Source: Thermoplasmatota archaeon (lineage in GTDB: Archaea > Thermoplasmatota > E2 > JACPAO01 > JAHFTW01). From it: DNA of 64,000 nt. The translations under genes were made by a program, and so were the position numbers. Below the pieces are notes generated by a model that had not been told where the DNA came from, searched no databases, and worked only from the letters and a program-made list of their open reading frames with translations. Positions 1-9,400 of this stretch are shown here, piece after piece (positions within the stretch are counted from its first letter, which is position 1; each line of letters begins with the position of its first letter). The DNA is taken from assembly GCA_041601615.1 (NCBI GenBank), contig JBFIHX010000002.1:224001-288000 (forward strand), written 5' to 3'.

Positions 1-2
1 AG

Positions 3-404
3 AGCGACGAGCAGGCGGTGGGGTAGGTGTGGGCGGCGGTGTTGCATGTATCTGCTAACGAGTGCTGCGACGAGTACGAAGCCGAACAGGTAGCCGGCGG
101 TGGCGCCGACGAAGTGTTGTAATCCGCTAGCGCCTTGGGCAAAGACTGGGGCGCCGAGGGCTCCGGCGGCAAGATAGATGAGCACGGAAAGGGCGGCCAA
201 GCCGGGCTTTTGGTAGCCGCCGGCCACCAGCAGCGCGAAGGGCATCATGGAGAAGGGCACGGGAGTCCAAGGCAGCGGGAAGCTGATTTGTGCCATGAGG
301 GCCAGGAATCCTGCAAAGCCGAGGCTGGTGGCGAGGCGCACGGGCCAGCCGGGGACCGTGGGCGTTGCTAGGAGGTGCGACAGCACTTGCTCGTTCTGGC
401 CCAT
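3..404 (-). CDS. bioY: Biotin transporter BioY (5' part; runs off the window edge)
   Basis: Not in the ORF track. Manual translation from ATG 404: MGQNEQVL...ALMAQISFPLPWTPVPFSMMPFALLVAGG...SVLIYLAAGALGAPVFAQGASGLQHFVGATAGYLFGFV, which matches the BioY signature (AQIxxPLPxTPVP; GxPVF; TxGYLxGF). Starts 25 bp downstream of the PKS stop. Confidence 0.88.
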   Translation of the reverse strand, partial: MGQNEQVLSHLLATPTVPGWPVRLATSLGFAGFLALMAQISFPLPWTPVPFSMMPFALLVAGGYQKPGLAALSVLIYLAAGALGAPVFAQGASGLQHFVGATAGYLFGFVLVAALVSRYMQHRRPHLPHRLLVA

Positions 405-429
405 GCGGGCGCCACATTCAGCCCCGGGT

Positions 430-3400
430 TTAGGCATGGCTGGCGGTCTCCGGTTCTTCGGTCATGGGGTCGAAGTCGGCGAGGCTCACGGCGAGTACGC
501 GGCCTTCGATGCTCCAGAAGCGCACGCCGAAGGTGCCGTCGGGGCCGGTGACGGTTGCTCCTCCGGCGCCGTCGGGCATGACGGTCCAGGCGCGTAGCGC
601 GGAGCGGAGGCCTGTGCCGGTGCGTTTGAAGACGGCTTCTTTGGCGGCCCACATGCAGGCAGCGGCGTTGTCGTCGGCGGCTACGGGGGCTTCGGTGTCG
701 TTGAAGGCTTCTTCGCGCCAGGCGGCGGATCGCTGTTTGACGGTTTCGAGGTCGATGCCGAGGGCGGTGGGGGCCAGGGCTGCGATGGCGAGGCCGTCGC
801 GGTGGGTCAGGCTGAGTTCGTAGTTGGCTGCTTTTCCGTGTAAGTGCAGGACCGGTTTGCCGCCATCGGAGTTGACCACCGTGACCTCAAGCGCGGAGAC
901 GTTGGCTCCGGCTGCGATGGCGACTGCTTTGGCGGCGAGTCGTCCGGCGCGCCATTCTTCGGCGCGCTTGGGGGCCTTGAACGCTTCTGCGGTGCCGAGT
1001 TCTTCTTCCGTGAACCATTGGGGGTCGGGGTCTGCGTCGGCGACGGGGACGGCGGCAAACAGGGCGCCGGTGTCGTCGGGAAGGCCGAGGTCCACGGTGG
1101 GAATGGGGACGGCTTCGGGTTCTGCCGAGGCGGCGGCGGGCGTGCTTTCGGACAGGGTTTTTTGCACGGGTGCGGCGGAGTTGTCCGTGGCTTGGGGTTC
1201 CGACAGTTCCACGATTGGCTTGGGCGTCGCGTCCTTGTCTGCGTGCCCGTTTTGGTGGCCGTTGGTGGGTTCGGATGCCGCTGGAGGCGCGGGGGTGTCG
1301 GTGTCGCTGCCGGGGACGTCTCCGGTTTCGACCATGCCGTATTGGACCATGCGGACGAGGACGGCGCCGTCTTCGGTGCAGGCGGCGGCGTCGAAGCGGT
1401 AGAGGCCGTTGTCGTCGCGACCGGCAAATCGAGTCCAGAGTCGTGTTTCCTTGGGCAGGGGCCCGTAGTGCAGGATGTCCAGGCGTTCGATGGCAGCGGG
1501 CAGGCTCATGCGGCCATCGACGGTCATGGTGCGCAGACCGCAGACCTGGAACAGGGCTTCCACGAGCAGCGGGTGGACGTGCCATTCTGGCGATGTTCCT
1601 TCAAGCACGGGCGCTTCGGGGGTGACGCCGATGCCGACGCTTTCGTCGTCGAGTGGGCCGGCGTAGCGTAGCACTTGGAAGCTTGGGCCGTGGAAGAATG
1701 GCGGGTAGATCGAAGCGTGGTCGCGGTCGCGGGTGCAGGCGGGCACTTCGCTGGTGCGGCGGGGGGCTGCGGCGGCGCCGAAGTGGATCGTGGCGGCAAA
1801 GTGGGTCCGTGGCTCGCCGCGTTCTTTGCCGTCAGGGCCGACCATGCGGCTCCAGAGCGTGCAGGTGATTCCGTCGCCTTCGGCGGCGCGGGTTGCGGTG
1901 ATGCGGGCCACGGCGGGGCGGTCCTTGAGTTGCTTTAGGGGGATGCCGAAGGAGGCGTTGGTCACACGAGTACAGACGGTGTCGGCGGGTGCAAGAAGGG
2001 AGGCTGTCTCGGCGAAGGCTTCGAGGCCAAACACGCCGGGCAGGTAGGGCACGCCGTCGATGGCGTGATCGCGAGCGTAGGCTTGGGTCGCTTGGTCCAT
2101 TTCGATGCGCGTGGTCACCGAGTCGGCCGTTGCGGTCTCGACGCCGGCCAGAAGCGCGAACCGTTCGGGTGCGGATTCCATGCGGGCTTGGTGTTCGCCG
2201 AGGCGCGGGTCCCATGCAGCGTCGACCACTTGGCCGTCGGCGTCGATGGCGCCCACGTTCCCAGCGACGACCGATTCGCGGATGCCGGGGGTGCCTAGTT
2301 CGGCGAGGAATTGGGCGACTCCGTCGGCGGTGGGGATCGGAGTCACACCGGTGCTTTCCATGATTTGCAGGATGCTGCCTTTGGTCGCCATGCCCACTTC
2401 GCCCCAGGGGCCCCATGCGATGGTGAATGCGGTGGGGACGTTGCGCTCGGCTGCGGCGACTTGGACGGCCTTGCAGAGGTATTCGTTGGCGGCGCTGTAG
2501 TCGGTTTGGCCGATGTTGCCAAAGCGTCCGGCGACACTGCCGAAGGCCACCAAAAATTCGAGCTCGTCTTCGGCGGTGGCGGCCATGAGGGCGTTCCAGC
2601 CGTCGTGTTTGATGCCAAAAACCCAGTCGAATTGCTCGCGGTCCTTCGAGGCGAGGTCTTTGCTGATTTCGACGCCGGCTGCATGGATGACGCCGTGGAT
2701 GGCGCCGAATCGTTCGCGTGCGTGGTCGAGGGCTTCGCGCACGGCGTCGTGGTCGGTGACGTCGACGCTTGCGTAGGTCACTTCGGCGCCAAGATCCGAG
2801 AGGCGTTGCAGGTTGCGTTGCACTTCGGCGGCTTTGCGAAGTGGCGACATGGCTTTCTGAATCGACACCGGGGTGACCTTGGCGCCGGCTTCCTTCATCG
2901 CGGCCATTTGGCGTTGTTCTTCGGCCTTCCACTCATCGTCCGTCCAGCTGGCCCAGGTTTCGGCTTCTTCGGCCATGGTGGTGCGGCCAAGCAGCATGAA
3001 GTTGGGGTGTTGCGGTGCGAGGGCGGCCAGGAGTTCGACGGTGATGCCTTGGGCACCGCCGGGAACGATGAGGGTCTTGCCGGAGACATTCGGGGTGCCT
3101 TCGAGCGCTTCGGGAGCTACGTCGATGACAAACCGGGTACCCTCCGCGTCAAAGGCAATCTCGGTGCGGCGGCCGCCTTCGATGACTTCGGCAAGCACCA
3201 TGGCGGGGGCGTCCGAAAGTTTGGGGTGGAGATCGATGACCTTGACCACGGCGCCTTCGAATTCCTTTTTGAGTGCCTTGCCGAAACCGGCCACGGCGGC
3301 CATGGTGGCGTCGCGGGGAGCCGCCAATCCGTGGGCTCCGTCTTGGCGAGTGACGACTGCGACGAAGCCGTTTTTGAGGGCGTTTTGGTGCGCTTTGGCG

Positions 3401-6400
3401 GCGTCGAACATGGGTCCGAGGCGAGCGGGAGCGGAGTCCCCGCGTCGCGTGGCGAGGCACAGCAGACCGACGGGGGTGTCGTCGTCGTGCAGGCGGAAGG
3501 TTGGCTTCCAGCCGGCTTCTTTCCAGGCGTCCAGGAATGCGGTGTCGGCGTCGCCGACCACGAGGAGGGTTCCTTTGGCAAGGTCGTTGCTTTGGTGGGG
3601 GCTGGGGGCGGGGCGCACCGTGGGCACGCGGCGAACGATCGCTTGGCTGGGCTCAGAGGCCGTGGTCGCATCTGCCGTGGCATCGGCGGCGGGCGCGTCG
3701 GTTGCGCCGGCGTTGCTTGCCATATATGCGGCGACCTTGGCGAGGGTGTTGTAGTCCTTGAGTTGCAGGTCCTCGCGCATCGGGACGCTGAAGCGGTCGC
3801 GCAGTTCGCCAAACAGTTCGGCTTGCTTGACGGTGTCAATGCCAAGGTCTGCTTCCATGTCCAGTTCGGGTTCGAGCATGTCCACGGGGTAGCCGGTTTT
3901 ATCGGCCACGAGGGCGATGACTTGGGCCAGTACGTCGGCGGTGTCGGTGCCGGCCGTGGATGCGGCAGCGGGCGCTGGCGTCGAAACCACAGTGGCGACG
4001 GGCGCAGCGGCGCTTGCTCCTCCACCCATATATGCCGCGACTTTTCGCAGCGTGTTGTAGTCGGCGAGGCTCAGGTTTTCGTCGAGCGGGACGCCGAAGT
4101 GATCGCGCAGTTCGCCAAACAGTTCGGCTTGTTTGACGGTGTCGATGCCGAGGTCTGCTTCCATGTCGAGATCCGCTTCGAGCATCTCGACGGGGTAGCC
4201 GGTTTTGTCCGCGATGACGGCGGTGACCTTGGCAAGCACTGCATCGTCGGTCTCGGCGGTGGTCGCGGAAACCGGTGTCGCGGGTGCGGCGGCAGCCGGC
4301 GAGGCGGCGGCGGGTGCACTTTCTGCGGTGGCGACGGGCGCGGCGGTGCTGCCTCCCACGCCAAGCCCGACTTGCGTCGGACTCGGCCGCGCCGAAACTT
4401 CGCTTTGCGAAGTTCCGCCACCCATGTACTCGGCCACTTTGCGCAGGGTGTTGTAGTCCTTGAGTTGGAGATTTTCGTCGAGCGGCACGCCGAAGCGGTC
4501 GCGCAGTTCGCCAAACAGTTCGGCTTGTTTGACGGTGTCGATGCCGAGGTCCGCTTCCATGTCGAGGTCGGCTTCGAGCATCTCGGGTGGGTAGCCGGTT
4601 TTTTCGGCCACGAGGGCGGTTACGTCGGCCAGCACATCGGTTTCGGGTGCGGTTTGTGCGGCGGCGGGAACGGGGGCGGGCGATGCGACCTCTGCGGCGG
4701 CGATGGGCGCGGAGTTGCTTGTTCCTCCAGCCATATATCCCGCGACCTTGCGCAGGGTGTTGTAGTCCTTCAAGGACAGCGATTCGTCCAGGGGCACGCC
4801 GAAGGTCTCGCGAAGCTCGCCAAACAGTTCGGCTTGCTTGACGGTGTCAATGCCGAGGTCCGCTTCCATGTCCAGATCTGCTTCGAGCATCTCAGGCGGG
4901 TAGCCGGTCTTGGAGGCGACGAGGTCCGTCACTTTCTGCAGCACGTCGGCTTCGTCTGCGACCACGACAGGCGAGGCGACTGCGGCGACGGGGGCAGGTT
5001 CGGCTGCTACCACGACAGCGGGTGCGGTGCGCTCGGGTGCTCCTTGGTCCACGATGCGCAGGGTGCGGTTTTGCACCTCGGTTGCGGCGGCGGGAAGGCC
5101 ACTGACGCTGGACAGCCAAGCGTCGTACTGGGCCTGGTTTGCCACGCGCTCGTCTTCGCGGGCCACGAGTTGGGTGAGGGTCATGGCGACTTGGCTGCCG
5201 AATCCGGCGGCGAGGCGTAAGGCGTAGCGCACGTCGTAGGCGCCGCCCTTGGACAGGTTGAGGTCGCCCAGTTCGGGGTCGGGGTCGCGGAAGTTGGCGA
5301 TGGGGGGCACGGTGCCGCGTTGGAGTGCCTTGAGGGCAATCGCATCTTCAACGCCGGCACCTTGTGGGTGTCCCGTGAAGCCCTTGGTGTTGGCGATGAC
5401 GACCTTGTTGGCGTTGGTGCCGAAGGTCGCGCGCAGGGCGTGGATTTCTGCCGAGGCCGAGCCGCCGCGTGCGGGGGTGTAGGTCTCGTGGCTCATGAAC
5501 ATGGTCTGGGCCGCGATGGCGTCGGCGTGGATGCCGTACCGGGCGCCGGCTTTGGCCATGAGGCCCTGCATGCATTGGCTGATGTGGTCCACGTCGAGGC
5601 GGCTGCCGTGGAAGGCGCTGTTTGCGACGGTGGTGGCCAGGAGTTTGGCGATGGGTCGCATGCCGCGTGCTTCGGTTTCGGGGGTGGCTTCGATGACGAG
5701 GCCGACGGCGCCCATGCCGACAATCATGCCATGGCGCCGAGCGTCGAAGGGAAGGGCTGCGTCTTCTACGCGGTTTTTGGTCGTCGCGGCGCCGGAGGCC
5801 AGGAATCCGCTGCCGATCCATTCGAAGAGGGCGTCGCTGGTTACATCGTCGGCGCCGACTACGAGTACGCGTTTGCAGCGGCCGGTGCGAATCCAGTCTT
5901 CGGCGACGGTGATGGCTTGGGTGGTGCTGGCGCAGGCGGCGTTGAGTTGGGTGTTGGGTCCGCGAGCACCGATGAATTGCGCGAGTTGCGCGTGTCCCAT
6001 ACTTAGGACGTTGAACAGGAATTTGCGGTTGAATTCGTAGCGGGCAGCGCCGTGGTCGGGCAGCACGTCTTGCAGGCGGGCAAATTCCGCTTCAAAGCCG
6101 GTGGTGAGGTTGTTGCGTAGGTCGTCGTCGGTAACTTGGCCAAGCAGTTCGTCGTAGAGGTTGCGCAGGTCGTCGAGGGTGCGGCCGGCGTATTTGTCGG
6201 CAAGGTATCTGCTGATGTCGCGCACGAGGTTGTCGATGCCGGGGAAGGCGCTGGCAAACACGATGCCTGTGTCGTCGCGCATGGGTTCGGGCAGTTTCCA
6301 GTCCTTGGGCAGGTGGCTGCCGGTGGTGGTTTGGAGGTAGGTGCGCTGGAGCGGGATGCCTGCGTCGCGTAGTGCTTCGAGGCCGGCGGCGATGGCGTAT

Positions 6401-9400
6401 TGGAAGGTGCGGTCGAGGGTGGAGGCGAAGTCGGCGTCGACGCCCCATTCGGTGACGTCGAAGTCGCCGCGGCGGCCTGCGAGTTGGATGACTTGGGCGA
6501 TGTCGTCGATGGCTTGGAAGGTGCCTTGGCCGCCGCCGCCTTTGACGAGGCGGACGATGTTTTTGCTGGCCATTTTTTGCTGCTCGGTTTCGGGCAGGGC
6601 GTCGATGAGGTTGTCGCCGCGCAGGATGCGGTCCCAGTCGTCGGTGGCAAAGAGTGGTTTGTGGGTGCCGGGGAGTCCAACACTGATGCCGCTGATGCCG
6701 ATGTCGTCGAGGTTGATGCCGAAGGCGTCCATCTTCGCCTTTAGTAGCAATTCGCTACTGTTTGGTAGGTTTTTGCTACTAAGGGCTGCGACGGGGGCTG
6801 GGGCGCTGGTGGCTACGGCGGAGGCGGGTGCGGAGTTTGTGGTCGGAGTCGGAGTGGAGGGGGCGGCGGGCGAGGAGCTCATGCCGTCGAGGGTGCGGGC
6901 TAGGTCGCGAAGGGCGCCGGCGATGATGTCGATGCGGGCGTCGGCCACGGGTGCGGGCGCGGCTGCGGGGGCGGCTTGGGCGAGGGCGCTCGTGGTGCGG
7001 GTGAAGGCGGTTTTGGGCTCGCGGAATTCTGCGGTGTAGACGGCGGAGTCGTTGAGGTCCGGGAGCTTGGGAAGGTAGCCCCAGGCGCCGAGGAAGGCAA
7101 ACAGTTCGTTGATGTGTTGGATTCCGCCCTTTTTGGGGTGGTTGGCGCAGATGGCGACGGCGTCGCCTTTGCTGCCGAGGATGTCGTAGGCGAATCCGGT
7201 GAGCGCCTTCTTGGGGCCCACTTCGATGAAGGTGCGCACACCTTCGCTGTACATGCGCTCCATGATGTCGATCCATTCGACGGGGCTTGCCACTTGCACG
7301 GCGAGGTTGTCGCGGATGGCTTCGGGGTCGTTGCCGTAGGGTTCGGCGCCGACGTTGCTGAGGATGCGGACCTTGGGGGCTTGCACGTCGAGGCGGGCCA
7401 ATACGTTGCGCAGGGGTTTGCTTGCGGGGGCGACGATGTCGCTGTGGAAGGCGGCGCTGACGGGCAGTGGGATGCACTGGAGGCCTTGTGCGGTGAGTTT
7501 GGCCATGGCGGCGTCCACTCCGGCGCTGCTGCCGGCGATGACGGTTTGGCTGGGGCAGTTTTTGTTGGCGCAGATGACGTATTCGTCTACGTCGGCGATG
7601 GCGGCGGACACGGTTTCCCAGTCGGCGGGGATGCTGGCCATTTTGCCAAGGTCGGGAAGATCCACGTTGGCCATTTCGCGGCCGCGTGCGGCGACGGCGT
7701 GGAGCGCGTCGGCGAAGGTGAGGACGCCGGCTGCGACCAGGGCGCCGTATTCGCCGAGTGAGTGTCCGGCGACCACGTCGGGTTGGATGCCCCATTGCTT
7801 CATCATGCGAAGCAGGGCGACGTCCATGGCAAGAACGGCGGGCTGGGTGAACTCGGTGAGTTTGAGTTTTTCTTCGGAGGCGGCGCGGTTTTCGGCGGTG
7901 TCTGGGGTGGGCCAGAGGATGTCGGTGAGTTTGACGCCGTCCAGTTCGTCGTGGAGGACTGCGTCGGCTTCTTCGAAGGTGTGTTTGACGACGGCGTATT
8001 TTTGGGCAAGGTCGCGGCCCATGTTGACGTACTGGGTGCCTTGGCCGGGGAATAGGAAGGCGACTTTGCCGCGTGGTTCGCCTTGGCCTAGAAATACGCC
8101 TTGGTTGAAGGCGAGTTTGGCGACGGCGGATTGGGTGGCGGCTTTGGCGGCGAGTTCCAGCTTCTTGGGGATTTCGTCAAGGTCCGTGGGGGCGATGCCG
8201 ACGCGGCGCTCGGCGCGTACACCGGCTTGGGTGAGTTCGTAGAAGGCGGCGCGGTAGCGGGGGCCGTTGCCGGTCTTGGCGAAGGTCACGGCCGAGGGAA
8301 GCGCGGTGAGGCTTGCGGGGAGGGCGTCGGCGTCTAGGACGAGCGGAGTCTGTTCTAGTGCGGCGGCTTGCTCCATGTGGGAAGCAAAGCCGGCGGCGTC
8401 GAAGGTGGTCATGGGGATGGTCGCCTCGGGTTGCGTCGTGGCGGACGGAGGGGTGGGGGCTGTGGCGGCGGTGGGCGCCGGGGCGGGGATGGGTGCGGAG
8501 TTGCGGGTGGCGGGGTCCACGAATTGGAGGGCGCCGGGAACGTATTGTTCGAGGACGACGTGGAAGTTGGTGCCGCCGAATCCGAAGCTGCTGACGGCGG
8601 CGCGGCGCGGGTGGTCGGCAGGGGTTTCCCAGGGCGTTCGGGACGTTGCGACTTGGAAGGGGCTGGTGGCCCATTCGATTGCGGGGTTGAGGGTCTGGAC
8701 GTTGATGCTGGGTGGAATGATGCCTTCGCGCACGGCGAGCACGGCCTTGAGCATCCCGGCGGCGCCGGCGGCGGCCTTGAGGTGGCCGATGTTGCTTTTG
8801 ACGGATCCGACGCGGATGCTGCCGACGGGTACGTCGGCGGCGCGGATCTGTTGGAACGCTTCGCGCACCGAATTGAGTTCGACGGGGTCGCCAACGGGGG
8901 TGCTGGTGCCGTGGGCTTCGACGTAGCCGACGGTGTAGGGGTCCATTTCGGCTTCTTCATAGGCGCGGCGTACGGCTTTGACTTGGCCGCGCGGGTTGGG
9001 GGCGGTGATTCCCTTGCCTTTGCCGTCGCTGCTGCCGCCAACGCCTCGGATGACGGCGTGGATGCGGTCGCCGTCGCGTTCGGCGTCGCCGAGGCGTTTG
9101 AGGATGAACATGGCGCAGCCTTCGCCCATGACGAATCCGTTGGCGCCGGCGTCGAAGGGCCGGCTGCCGTCGGGCGACAGGGCTCCGATGGCGCTGAATT
9201 GGATGTAGGGCGTGATGTCCATGCTGCGGTCGGTGCCGCCCCAGACGACGAGGTCGCTTTCGGCGTCACGAAGAGAGTCGATGGCGGCGTCGAGGGCCGC
9301 AAGGGAGGACGCGCAGGCGGCGTCGGTGGTGAAGTTCTTGCCCCCGAGGTCGAACACGTTGGCGATGCGGCCGGCGACCACGTTGGACAGGTGCCCCGGC

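Noticed and set aside
3832-4845. Ser-to-Thr change as a sequencing error or pseudogenisation
   Set aside because: Present in all four otherwise diverged copies within an intact 9.5-kb frame with intact catalytic motifs.
2311-5220. 969-aa + strand ORF and other long antisense or alternate-frame ORFs (e.g. 8368-10155, 8409-10727, 15252-16895, 52684-55200)
   Set aside because: Shadow ORFs of high-GC genes that have clear motifs on the other strand or frame; no recognisable domains.
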